In this document: positions 13,974 through 25,949 of the stretch, piece by piece
How the letters are laid out: each line of letters opens with the position of its first letter
How positions within the stretch are numbered: the first letter of the stretch is position 1
Made by a program: the position numbers and the translations under genes
Assembly (NCBI RefSeq): GCF_006345805.1
Contig: NC_043004.1
Coordinates: 100,812,001 to 100,876,000 of the forward strand
Direction: 5' to 3'
From: Octopus sinensis
Lineage: Eukaryota
Length of the DNA: 64,000 nucleotides
Notes under the pieces: generated by a model
What the model was told of the DNA's origin: nothing
The model's input: the letters and a program-made list of their open reading frames with translations, nothing else
Databases searched by the model: none

Positions 13974-14591
13974 ATCGCTCTCTCTTTCTCTTTGTCTCTA
14001 TCTCTCTCTCGCTATCTCTCTCTCTTTCTATATATATATCCTCCCCCTCTCTTTCTCTCTTTCTTTCTCTCAATGTCTCTTTCTTCTGTTTCTCTCTCTC
14101 TCTCTCTCTCACCTTGTCACTAATATGCACGTGCACTTACACACTCTTTCTAATGCATGTATGTTTGTGTATATGCATCTGTGTGTGTGTGTGCGTGTGT
14201 GTGTCTGTGTGTCTGTGTGTGTATGTACAGGCGCGAGTGTGTATAAAATGGTAGGCTGTATACGTATGAAGCAGAAATACGTTTGCAATTATATGGATAT
14301 ATTTGCATAATGATGCAAGTATATGCATATGTGATCATACACAAATCATGCACAAATACACCCGTCCACCCACCCATCCATACACATACACACATGCACA
14401 TACATACACGTATCAATTACCATTACCATAATGAAGAACCTGTATTACTCTATATACATACATAAGATACAAAGTTATACGCACATGTCCTCCCACACAT
14501 ACGTAAATGTGCCTCTGTGTGTGTGTATATATTTATATATATGTTTGTATGTATATATATATACATATATATACATATACATATATATGTT

Positions 14592-14641
<50 letters not shown>

Positions 14642-14831
14642 CATATATGTATCCACGTATGTATATATAAATACGCTCATGTCCTACCACACGTACGTAA
14701 GTGTGCCTGTGTAGATAAATATATTCACATATATATATATATATATTTAAGTATATATGTACGTATATATGTATGTATCTATCTATCTATCTATCTATGC
14801 ATATATGTATATATAAATACACACACACACG

Positions 14832-14900
<69 letters not shown>

Positions 14901-15229
14901 CATTTATATATATAATATATATATATATTATATATATATATATATAATATATATATATTTCTGTATGTTTAAATATGTATGAATGTATGTATATGAAAAT
15001 GTATATAAATATGTATGTGAAATATTAAATGTAAAATATAATAATAAGAGAGGAACAAAGAACAAGGCCATATTATGATGCAATGCCAGTCAGCGGGGCG
15101 GTATGGAATAATTCTACTTAATTTAGATGGAATGTTGAAATGCAGACTAATGACTGAATTGGTAGGAAATATGCTAAGATTTTCAAATTCCCACTGATCC
15201 TCTGCCATTACCAATAATGATAGCACCAA

Positions 15230-15231
15230 AC

Positions 15232-15286
<55 letters not shown>

Positions 15287-15337
15287 TAGACTGACAAGCA
15301 GAGAGGGAAAGAAAGACAGACAGACAGACAGACAGAC

Positions 15338-15396
<59 letters not shown>

Positions 15397-15424
15397 CAGA
15401 CTGCAGACAGATAGATAGACAGAG

Positions 15425-15485
<61 letters not shown>

Positions 15486-15568
15486 TGTTTCTTTATTAGC
15501 CACACAGGGCTGCACACAGATAGAACAAATTACAAGGTAGAGCTTTTCTTTTGAAGGTTTAAAAAAAA

Positions 15569-15615
<47 letters not shown>

Positions 15616-15713
15616 GATAGAGAGAGAGAGATAGATAGACAGTTAGATAGATAGACAGTTAGATAGATAGACAGATAGATAGAGATAGATAGATAGATAG
15701 ATAGATAGATAGG

Positions 15714-15751
<38 letters not shown>

Positions 15752-15781
15752 CAGATAAGTAGATAGATATAGACATATGAG

Positions 15782-15831
<50 letters not shown>

Positions 15832-15843
15832 TAGACAGATAAG

Positions 15844-15888
<45 letters not shown>

Positions 15889-15960
15889 GAGAGAGAGAGA
15901 GAGAGAGAGATGATAGATTGACAAAGAGATAGATATAGACAGATAAGTAGATAGATAGAT
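15230..15960. repeat. Interrupted (GATA)n/(GA)n microsatellite array
   Basis: Direct reading; accounts for the YLSI-repeat ORFs. Confidence 0.95.
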
Positions 15961-16249
15961 ACGTGAAGGTGAAATAATGGGGAATGTCTTTGTCTTAAAA
16001 TCAATGTCTTCTGCACATTCTGTTTCATTTCTTCGCTGATTTCTCAGACGTCTTCATTAAATTTCTTGAATGTCTTCGAGATATTTCTACTGAACGTTGG
16101 AATTTGGCAGAGGTGGTGAGTACTGGAATGGTTGTTGCTGTCGTTGCTGTCATTATTGTCTTCATCGTCGTCGTCGTCGTCGTGGTTGTCGTTATTTTTG
16201 TTAGGACAGTTCATACCCGATTAAGCACACCTGTGATCATTCCAACACA

Positions 16250-16460
16250 AGGTAGAAAGCTAACAGAATATTTAGCGCGTGGGGCAAAATGCTTAGCCGC
16301 AATTCTTTTGATTCTTTACGTTCTGAGTCCAAATTCCGTCAAGGTCATCTTTTACTTTCAACCTTTGACAGTCGAGAAAATAAGTACCAGTTGAACATTG
16401 GTGGTTTGATTCATTCAACCAACCCTTCCACCGAATTTCAGGTCTTATAGCTATATTAGA
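16250..16460 (+). mobile_element. Decayed MetaSINE-like SINE
   Basis: ttacgttctgagtccaaattccgtcaaggtc...taagtaccagttg matches the better copy at 25670-25902. Confidence 0.65.
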
Positions 16461-16630
16461 ATAATTACGCATATATTTATCTCAATATGGCTAACAACTA
16501 AGGGTGGGTGTTACTGTAGCTTTTAGCCCCAGGAGATCATCGTCTCCAGCTGGCTTTAGGCACATTTTCTGTGCCCTTATGGTATTTGCAAAGGGAGGTC
16601 ATCCCTCTCTCGTAAACCTAAGCGATACGC

Positions 16631-16670
16631 ACGGACTGCAGTTTCGAGGTAATTTGCCTCTTGTCAACGT
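16631..16670 (-). ncRNA. Minimal hammerhead ribozyme, U3-A8 core variant
   Basis: Minus strand reads acg TTGACAA gagg caaatta cctc GAAAC tgca GTC cgt. Confidence 0.75.
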
Positions 16671-16716
16671 ACGGTAATTACAGGTCTTCCTTTCATCGTA
16701 AACCGGTGATTACCGG

Positions 16717-16756
16717 ACGTTGACAAGAGGCAAATTACCTCGAAACTGCAGTCCGT
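16717..16756 (+). ncRNA. Minimal hammerhead ribozyme, U3-A8 core variant
   Basis: acg TTGACAA gagg caaatta cctc GAAAC tgca GTC cgt; identical to the opposite-arm copy, with palindromic stem III actgcagt. Confidence 0.75.
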
Positions 16757-17046
16757 GCGTATCGCTTAGGTTTACGAGAGAGGGATCACCTCCCTTTGCA
16801 AATACCATAAGGGCACAGAAAGTGTGTCTAAAGCCAGCTGGAGACGATGATCTCCCGGCGCTAAAAGCTACAGTAACATCCACCCCTAGTGGTTAGCCAT
16901 ATTGAGATGGCTAGTATACTTTACGTTGTCGAGTGCTTACTGTTTACATCTCGTTCAGAGATTTATTATTGCTTATTCATATATTTTTAGACAGTATTTC
17001 TAGGATTGAAATGTTAAGGCGCATTGCTCATTCCTAGTATTTCTAG

Positions 17047-17382
17047 TGAGGGCGCATGGCTCAGTGGTTAGAGCGTCAAAGCTTACAATCGTAGGTTGTG
17101 AGTTCGAATCCCGGACCGGGCTGCGTATTGTGTTCTTGAGCAAGACACTTTATTTCACGTTGCTCCAGTTCACTCAGCTGTAGAAACGAGTTGCACCGTC
17201 ACAGGTGTCAAGCTGCATGGGCCTTTGCCTTTCCCTTGGATGACATCAGTGGCATGGAGAGAGGAGGCTGGTATGCATGGGCGACCGCTGGCCTTCCATA
17301 AACAACCTTGCCCGGAGTTGTGCCTGGGAGGGTTACTTTTTAGGTGCAATCCCATGGTCAGTCATGATCGAAGGGGGTCTCA
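17047..17382 (+). mobile_element. tRNA-derived SINE (head type 2, CORE-like segment, tail C)
   Basis: A box tggctcagtggt, B box agttcgaatcc, CORE-like tgtgttcttgagcaagacactt. Probable TSD agt(a/g)tttctag at 17036-17046 and 17383-17393. Confidence 0.85.
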
Positions 17383-18021
17383 AGTGTTTCTAGGATTGAA
17401 ATGTTGGATATGTCCTTTTTCAGAATACACTCGTCTTTGTCTTGTATGGTTCCCTTTTGCAGTGCGTCGATGATACAACAACGAAAGTCTTAAGCGTCGG
17501 TTCTTCCCTCGAATGAATCCATAGCGTTATTTCGTGGTACCTCGCTCAGCCTTCTTTTGTTTTTGGTTTCTGTAGATATACTGGGGTGGTTTACCATTGT
17601 CTTTCCCAACTGGATGGGCGTAGACCCACAGTGTGCTAATTTCGACAGGTGTTATTTGTTGTTGTTGTTGCTGCTGTTATCAGACTCCTTCCCCACAAGA
17701 GCAGCAAGCTACTCAAGCGGGGAAGCCGGTTTAGTCATCGACCACCCGACCGTGGAACAAGTAGTACTGGACTACATGCTACCAGTGGCAGGTCTCATCA
17801 GCGGGTGATGTGATCTCTGACCTAACTAAAATAATACACTACAGTGGGATTTAAGGGAAATTTACCTGCTATCTCTTGCAATTGGAGCAAATATCACTTT
17901 GATGTAGTTGAGTGGCGATGTGTATTTGTGTCGTAATGTGTTACGTTGTAAAGGTAAATATTGTTTCAATGGTGTATATTGATGTGTATGCTCAATGATG
18001 TATATTCAATGGTGTATATCT

Positions 18022-18345
18022 GAAGGTGCGTGGCTTAGTGGTTACGGTATTCAGCTCACGATCGTAAGATAGTGAGCTCGAATTCCGGCGACGAGTTGTG
18101 TCCTTGAGCAAGACACTTTATGTCACGTTGTTCGTTTCCATTCAGCTGACATAAATGAGTAGTACCTGTAATTCCATGGGCCAGGCTTGTCACATTATGT
18201 CTCACGCTGAATACCCCTAATAACTATGTTAAAGGTGCGATGTGTCTGTAGAGTGTTCAGCTACTTGCACGTTAATTTCACGAGCAGGCTGTTCCGTTGA
18301 TGTATTCAACTGGAACCCTCGCCGTCGTAACCAACAGAATACCAC
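18022..18345 (+). mobile_element. tRNA-derived SINE (head type 2, tail B)
   Basis: Head gaaggtgcgtggcttagtggtt; tail ...cacgttaatttcacgagcaggctgttccgttgat... shared with 56394-56779. Confidence 0.85.
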
Positions 18346-18888
18346 TATTGATATCTCTTACTAGGAATTGTGACATTCTATTTTGACATGGTGTAATGTA
18401 ACGACGTGGAATTGAGTAATAGAATGATGGCATAAAATGGTGTAATGGTTCAGTTTTGAGTAATAAGATTAGTGGTATAAAACGATGTGCTGTGAGTAGC
18501 AGAGTGCTGCTGCCTAAAGAGGAAATAGCGTGTAATCGTGAAGATATTTTATAATGGCGGAAGTGTTCTTGCGCAACGAGTTAGCGTTGTGTAAGTGGGG
18601 AAAGTTATGTAACAGTGTTATAATGCAAAGTGGCGTGTCATTGTATAATATGAGGCGGTGTCTAATAGTGCGGTTTAAACAATGGTGGTATGGTATCGTG
18701 CCATGGCGCAGTGGCTTGAATTGGTGTGGTCGTTTAGAATAGCAGTGTAACGTATAGTAATATTGTAATTTGTATTCGTGTGATATTGTGTAATGGCGTC
18801 ATAATGTCTAATACCGTGGTTGCTCACAATGATTGTGTGGTATGCAATGGTATGATGATGTATGTTGGTTTGGTGGTATATAACAGTA

Positions 18889-19533
18889 TCTCTTTCTACT
18901 CTAGGCACAAGTCCCGGAAATTTTGGGGGTAGGGGCCAGTCGATAAGGTCGAACCCAGTACGCAACTGGTACTTAATTTATCGACCTCGAAAGGATGAAA
19001 GGCAAAGTGAACCTCGGCGGAACTTAGAGCATAAAGACGAAATACCGCTAAGCATTTCGCCCGGCGTGCTAACGTTTCTTATTCCTTTATTACCCTCAAG
19101 GAGACGAACAAAGGGATTAAGTCGATTACATCGACCCCAGCGCGTAACTGGTACTTAATTTATCGACCCCGAAAGGATTAAAGGCAAAGTTGACCTCAGC
19201 GGAATTTGAATTCAAAACGTAGCGGCAGACGAAATACGACAAAGCATTTTGCCCGGCGTGCTAAGGCTTCTGCCAGCTCACCGCCTTATGATATTATATA
19301 TATTTCTTTACTACCCTTAAGGGGCTAAACACAGAGGGGACAAAAAAGGACAGACAAACGGATTAAGTCGATTACATCGACCCCAGTGCGTAACTGGTAC
19401 TTATTTAATCGACCCCGAAAGGATGAAAGGCAAAGTCGGCCTCGGCGGAATTTGAACTCAGAACATAAGGGCAGACGAAATACGGCTACGCATTTCGCCC
19501 GGCGTGCTAACGTTGCTGCCAGCTCGCCGCCTT
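18889..19533 (-). mobile_element. Three tandem MetaSINE-like SINE copies (~18889-19080, ~19100-19287, 19301-19533)
   Basis: Repeated block aactggtactta...atcgaccccgaaaggatgaaaggcaaagtcgacctcggcggaatttgaactc...cgcccggcgtgctaa. The core resembles the Meta domain (gcctttcatcctttcggggtcgataaa). Confidence 0.9.
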
Positions 19534-20214
19534 CGTATAACGGTATCGCAGTGGCTAAAGGTGGTATGGTGCATAATGATATATAATATCATTATACATT
19601 AATCATAGTTTTGAATGAAGCAATGAAATACTTAGCTAATACAAAAACACAAGTCATAAGTAAATTATATCAATCTTTGGGACGACACCATCAATGATAG
19701 AAATTACACATTAATATTATAAAAGTGGAAACTAATTTTGGTATTTGACTCCTGCTGGAACTATAATTGCTTTCTCATTTGAGTACTAGGCTAAAGACCA
19801 AACGTACATTTCACTAATGACCAACTCTTCTTTTGTTGTTGTTGCTTCATTTGTTATTGCTGCTGTTGTTGTTTTTATGTACCATGTATCAAATATATTC
19901 AATAGAGCCAGAGATATATTTGTCTAAGACTGTAGAATATGACTTAAGGAAAGTTTGGCTGCTATTTTTAGCAGATCGATTTCGCCGCATAAAGTTTTAC
20001 CTCACTGGTTCTCCTCTGTTGTGCGAGGTGAGGTAGAAGGTACAGTGATCTGGCGGTTTGCATTATTGATTGTAGTTATTTACTGATGCTTAAGTCGCAT
20101 AGACAGACTTCACAGGGCAGGTTTCTTAAGCAAAGATATCTCAGCAATGAACAACTTGTCTTATAGTTACCAGTGAATAAATCATAGACCCTGTTACTTA
20201 GATAATACAGTTCT

Positions 20215-20397
20215 ATATTTAAGAGATGAGGAATTATGTACATTATTTATATTATTTACATTATTTACATTTGACGGCTATTTGTCCTTATCTTGTTTGT
20301 TGTTAACACAACGTTTCGGTTGATATACCCTCCAGCCTTCATCAGATGTTTTGGGGAAATTTTGAACTTGGGTTCTCATTCCAAAGATATTTTTTGG

Positions 20398-20400
<3 letters not shown>
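20215..20400 (-). mobile_element. Penelope-like pLTR fragment abutting a (TAA)n tract
   Basis: Contains the HHR at 20306-20349, followed on the minus strand by an AT-rich tail with tandem aataatgtaa-like units. Confidence 0.6.
20306..20349 (-). ncRNA. Minimal hammerhead ribozyme with loopless palindromic stem III
   Basis: Minus strand reads acat CTGATGA a ggctg gagggtatat caacc GAAAC GTT gtgt; one mismatch in stem II, palindrome AACGTT. Confidence 0.7.
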
Positions 20401-20431
<31 letters not shown>

Positions 20432-20655
20432 CATCAATATAGAGGCCCACAGAATAGTGTCGAGCTGTAATTCGAAGATACACACTTGGTCACATCCAGT
20501 TTTGCTTGAGTTAGCATAAGTATTATCTTTGGTTGACATCATAAGAATCTTAAAGCTTCAAGAGAATTTGAAATAACTCTTGTTATGGAACGACGAAACC
20601 CGAAGCAGATAACGGGTTTTTTTAACTCAATATTTACATGCTATTATATAAATAT

Positions 20656-21180
20656 GTGGAGGCGCAATGGCCCAGTTATTGGGGCAGCGGACTCACGGAC
20701 GTAAGCTAGCGGTTTCGATTCCCAGATCGGGCATTGTGAGAGTTTATTGAGCGAAAACACCTAAAAAAGCTCCACGAGGCTCCGGCAGGGGGTGGGGGTG
20801 AACCCTGCTCTGTTCTTTCACCACACCTTTCTCTCACTCTTTTTTCCTGTTTCTGTTGTACCTGTATTTCAAAGGGCCAGCCTTGTCACACTCTGTGTCA
20901 CGCTGAATCTCCCAGAGAACTACGTTAAGAGTACACGTGACTGTGGAGTGCTCTGCCCCTTGCACGTTAGTAAATGAGCTGCAACGTCACTGGTTCCAAG
21001 CTGTATCGACCTTTGCTTTTCCTTTAGAGAATATCGGTGGCGTGGAGAAGGGAGGCTGGTATGCGTGGGTGACTGCTGGTCTTCCATAAACAACCTTGCC
21101 CAGACTTGTGCCTCGGAGGGTAACTTTCTAGGTGCAATCCCATGGTCATTCATGATCGAAGGGGGTCACAACAGCACAAC
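20656..21180 (+). mobile_element. Chimeric tRNA-SINE (head 1, partial tail B, tail C)
   Basis: One 13-bp TSD attatataaatat (20643-20655 and 21181-21193) brackets the whole chimera; tail junction at ~20970. Confidence 0.9.
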
Positions 21181-22172
21181 ATTATATAAATATATAGTTT
21201 TTCATATAGGCAACGACTTATCAGAGTCTTCCGCATGTCGGACACAAATGACCCACGACATGTCGCCCGTCTTCACGTTTTGGATTTAAATTCCTCCGAC
21301 GCCATCTTTGGCTTTCATTCCTTTCGGGATCGATAATATAAAGTACCATTTGAGCTCAAACTCAATATACTCGATTCTTCTCTAGCCTCTGACCTGGTGC
21401 CAACATTAGACACGATTCTTTATAGGGTTTTTTTCTGCTTCGATTTTCGCTGTTGGGAAAGAGAAAATAAAGGTACTATTTTTAGTGTGCGAAGTATTTG
21501 AGGAATAAATGTACAGCGTCTTGTACTTACATATTCCAAGTAAATGGGTCAACCGAAAGAACAACTTGAACCTTCTTGCAAAGAAGCCTGCGTGAGAGCC
21601 ATTCTCTTTTATTTCTTCCAGGAAAGTTAGAAACAAAGTTATTTAGATTGACTTTAAGTAGGGAAATATTGAAGTTACCAAAGAGATTACGTTGTTTTGT
21701 TTATTTTTTGTTTTTTTTTTGTTCTTTCCATCGCCTGTTTCCTTTTGTTGGTATGTTTTTCCCTATTTGTGTGCATGTGTGTGTTTATATGTGAGTGTAT
21801 GTGTGTATGCTTGTGTGTTCATGTGCGCATGCGTGCCTTCTATTTCTCATATACGACATTATTTGTGTGATGGATTGGAGACACATTTCATTCCTTATAG
21901 CTATTCATTCATGCTAGGATGTCTAGAAATGCATAGAACAAAGTCTATGCGTATATGTATGAATATGTGTATTTGTGTGCATACATATACATATGTGAGT
22001 GAGTGTGTGTGTGTGTATATGTGTGTGTGCGCGCGTGTGTGTGTGTATGTATATATGCATACATAGATATAAATTTAAAAATATATATATAATACAGAAT
22101 TGTATGTACACACACACACAGATATGTATTTTATATACATACATACATACATACATACATACACACACACAC

Positions 22173-22232
<60 letters not shown>

Positions 22233-22374
22233 ATATATAGAGAGAGACACGCACATGCCTTCATACATACGTCCGTGCATTCATACAGACAAGTACGTCT
22301 TAAATCAATCAATAACATACTCACACACACACACGACACAGACACACAACACGCACACTTCTCCCCCTCTCTCC

Positions 22375-22435
<61 letters not shown>

Positions 22436-22803
22436 CAACGTTCATGCTTATGTAGAGCAATCCCCAATACAGCAGCACATAAAACATTAAAATGGCCATA
22501 AAATGTAAGAGTCTGCTAAAAGGTTGATTTGTTCTCAACTGGAAGATCCCATTTGCAGAAAGTGACTGTCATAGTCGGCTTTATCTACCAGGACATTGAA
22601 TATTGAAAGTATACCAAAGAGAAATCTTTTCCAATCATCATAGAATCGTCTGATCAGTAGAACTGTCGAAGTTACAATTGGTGGAGTTGTAAAAAAAAAA
22701 AAAGTGTACGTATATAGATGTATATATGTATATATATGTGTGTGTGAGAGAAAGAATGTATACGAGTATGTGTCAATGCACATATATCTGTGTCTGTGTA
22801 TGC

Positions 22804-22869
<66 letters not shown>

Positions 22870-23107
22870 CATACATACATACATACATACATACATACAT
22901 AAATATAACTAGATATATATACACATACATATATGTGTATATGTATATATACATATACTTACATAGACATATGCTTGTATGCGTCACTTTACCTATGACT
23001 GCCAAAGTAATAAAAATATCTATGCCTCTATGCATGCATACACACGTATATGTGTGTGTGCGTATATTCACATATGCATACATGTGTTCAGAGATAGATA
23101 TATGCAT

Positions 23108-23164
<57 letters not shown>

Positions 23165-23197
23165 GAGATAGATAGATAGAGAGATAGAGAGATAGAG

Positions 23198-23264
<67 letters not shown>

Positions 23265-23300
23265 AGATAGATAGATAGGTAGATAGGTAGATAGATACAT
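23108..23300. repeat. (GATA)n microsatellite
   Basis: Direct reading. Confidence 0.95.
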
Positions 23301-23609
23301 AGATATTTGTATGTATACACACACATATATCTTTTATATTTTATCTATATACAGATATACATATATATCTATACATAAACCTATGTATATATGCGCGTTA
23401 TACATGTGTGTGTGTGATTGTATGTGTGTATGTGTGCGGTGTGCGTGCATGTGCACATACACACTCACACACACACACAACACAGTTAACACAGATACAC
23501 ACACGGACGTAACTTCTGCCCACCATATTAAATTCTCCTTCTAAAGAATCGCAAAGGTTACAAACTGTCTACTTCCTATTAGATTAGTAACGTATTATTA
23601 ACATTGTTC

Positions 23610-23664
23610 ATTATTATTATCATCATTATCATCATTAGCATTAGCATTATTATTATTATTATCA

Positions 23665-23713
<49 letters not shown>

Positions 23714-23791
23714 CGTTATTATTATTATTATATTATTATATTATTATTATTATCATTATTATTATTATATATATTATTATTATTATTATCG

Positions 23792-23823
<32 letters not shown>

Positions 23824-23827
23824 TATC

Positions 23828-23880
<53 letters not shown>

Positions 23881-23915
23881 CATTATTATATTATTATTAT
23901 TATTATTATCATTAG
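23610..23915. repeat. (TTA)n microsatellite
   Basis: Direct reading. Confidence 0.95.
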
Positions 23916-24904
23916 TGCTTTCTCCCCGTTTACAAGAAGAAAAAAGAAGAAAACCTCTTCCTATCTTCTTGTCGCTTTTTTTACGCGCCACCGTTTCTTT
24001 TCCCTTTGTTCTTCTTGTTGATGTTGGTATATTGTTAGTTATTTCGTTAAGTATTTTTTTTTTACTCTTGTTTTATTCTATCCTTTCGGTTCTTTTTTTT
24101 TTTCATCCTGTTTGTAATACAAAATCAAATGTATCACCATATATATTTTCTATGCAGTTTCTCCCGCTTTCTTTATTTCGGTTTCTTTTTATTATTTCAT
24201 TTTATTTTTTGCCTCCTTTTCTCAATTGTGTCCAATTCTCTATCCCTAACACTTTTCATTGACAGTCGTCAAATCAATGCCAATTCGCATTATTCGCTCA
24301 ATATTTTCACTTCATGTGCTAAAATAATGTGAAGAACAGTAAGACATGGCGAAACATTTGGAACATTTCTTGTATTTTGAAGGCATTTTTCTTTTATTTT
24401 TTTAATATGTCTTTTTATTGTTTTCTGTATTATATATTTTTTTATATTTGTTTTATTTCTTTACTTCAATAGGGACATGTTAGTCATGTGACCAAGCGGG
24501 ATATCGAGATCTACGTACGTGAATGACAAGCGATGATGAAGGTTGATATGCGGAATGGAAAGGAACGAAAAAAAAAAGTTGAAAGAAAACAATGATGATA
24601 ATCATAAACAAAAATTAAAAAAAAGAAGGAAAAAGAAAATGCAGATGACATTGACGAAGATGACAGCGCCCTGTTCCGATGACGGTGCTGATGATGACGA
24701 CGACGACGAGGGCGACGACGATAACAATGATGACGACATCGATGACATTGTCGACGACGACGACAATGATGATGATGATGATGAGCTTGACGAACAAAAC
24801 TGACAGATCAGCAATAGCAACATGTGGGCAGAAAATCAATCGAAAGACATTAAATCTATTTCGCAACAGAATGTTCACTCAGCAAACTTCTCCCAGTAGA
24901 AAAC

Positions 24905-25620
24905 CTGATATAGGTTGATCTCAAAGAAATATAGGTTGATCTTGTAGAAATATAGGCTGATACTGTAGAAATACAGGTTGATCTTGAACAAATACAAGTT
25001 GATCTTGTAAAAATCTTGGTTGATCTCCTAGAAATATAGATTGATCTTGAGTAAATATAAGTTGATCTTGTAGAAATCTTGGTTGATCTCCTAGAAATAT
25101 AGATTGAGCTTGAATAAATATAAGTTGATCTTGTAAAAATCTAGGTTGATCTCCTAGAAATATAGATTGATCTTGAATAAATACAAGTTGATCTTGTAGA
25201 AATTTAGGTTGATCACGTAGAAATATAGATTGATCTTGAAGAAATCTAGGCTGATAATTTAGAAATACAGGTTGATCTTGAATAAATAAAAGTTGATCTC
25301 GTAGAAATCTAGGTTGATCTCCTAAAAATATAGATTGATCTTTAATAAATACAAGTTGATCTTATAGAAATATAAAATGATCCTTAGAAATCTAGGTTGA
25401 TCTTGTAGAAATTCATACTTATCTTCCTTATACTGACATAGATCCATTTTAAAGAACTACATAGTGATCTTCGTTGATCTACCAGAAAAACAAACTGATT
25501 TTGTAGAAATACCGATTGATCAAATAAAAATATATATTGATCTCGTACATCTACAGGAAGAACTAGTAGATCTACAGGTATTTTGATAGAATTGATCTTT
25601 ACGATAGCAGATTGATTACA
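24905..25620. repeat. 21-bp minisatellite (consensus ~gttgatcttgtagaaatatag) with 63-bp higher-order period
   Basis: Recurring triplet gttgatcttgtaraaatctwg / gttgatctcctagaaatatag / attgatcttgaataaatayaa; degenerate after ~25410. Confidence 0.9.
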
Positions 25621-25669
25621 TAAATTTATAAAACTCTACATGGTATGTTTGGCGGTATTTGAACTAGAA

Positions 25670-25902
25670 AAAGGCGCGCGCTGGCAGAAACGTTAGCACG
25701 CCGGGCAAAATGCTAAGCGGCATTTCGTCTGCTGTTACGTTCTGAGTTCAAATTCCGCCGAGGTCGAATTTGCCTTTCATCCTTTCGGGGTCGATAAATT
25801 AAGTACCAGTTATGCACTGGGGTCGATATAATCGACTTAATCTGTTTGTCTGTCCTTGTTTGTCTCCTCTATGTTTAGCCCCTTGTGGGTAGTAAAGAAA
25901 TA
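25670..25902 (+). mobile_element. Full-length MetaSINE-like tRNA SINE
   Basis: 16-bp TSD ggtatttgaactagaa at 25654-25669 and 25903-25918. Confidence 0.9.
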
Positions 25903-25949
25903 GGTATTTGAACTAGAAGCAGAGAGTGCCAAAATGTACACTGCAAGAC

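Larger units (their letters stand above)
16479..16990. mobile_element. ~430-bp near-perfect palindrome plus right-hand tail, probably an inverted PLE pLTR pair
   Basis: Arms ~16479-16685 and ~16702-16908 are reverse complements with a ~16-nt spacer. The right arm continues into an AT-rich tail, and each arm carries an HHR. Confidence 0.8.

Noticed and set aside
17047-17125. tRNA-like sequences at SINE heads (also near 20656, 26625 and 56394)
   Set aside because: They continue into SINE bodies bounded by TSDs, so they are not tRNA genes.
17700-17815. CUGAUGA followed by gacc...ggtc on the minus strand (17795-17801)
   Set aside because: No GAAA or stem III at the required position, so it is not called an HHR; probably an unidentified GC-rich repeat fragment.
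24543-24918. Lys-rich, poly-Asp ORF
   Set aside because: Built from A-runs and (GAT/GAC)n repeats; no domain or splice support.
24905-25620. Possible CRISPR-like array
   Set aside because: No unique spacers, eukaryotic context and no cas genes; it is a minisatellite.
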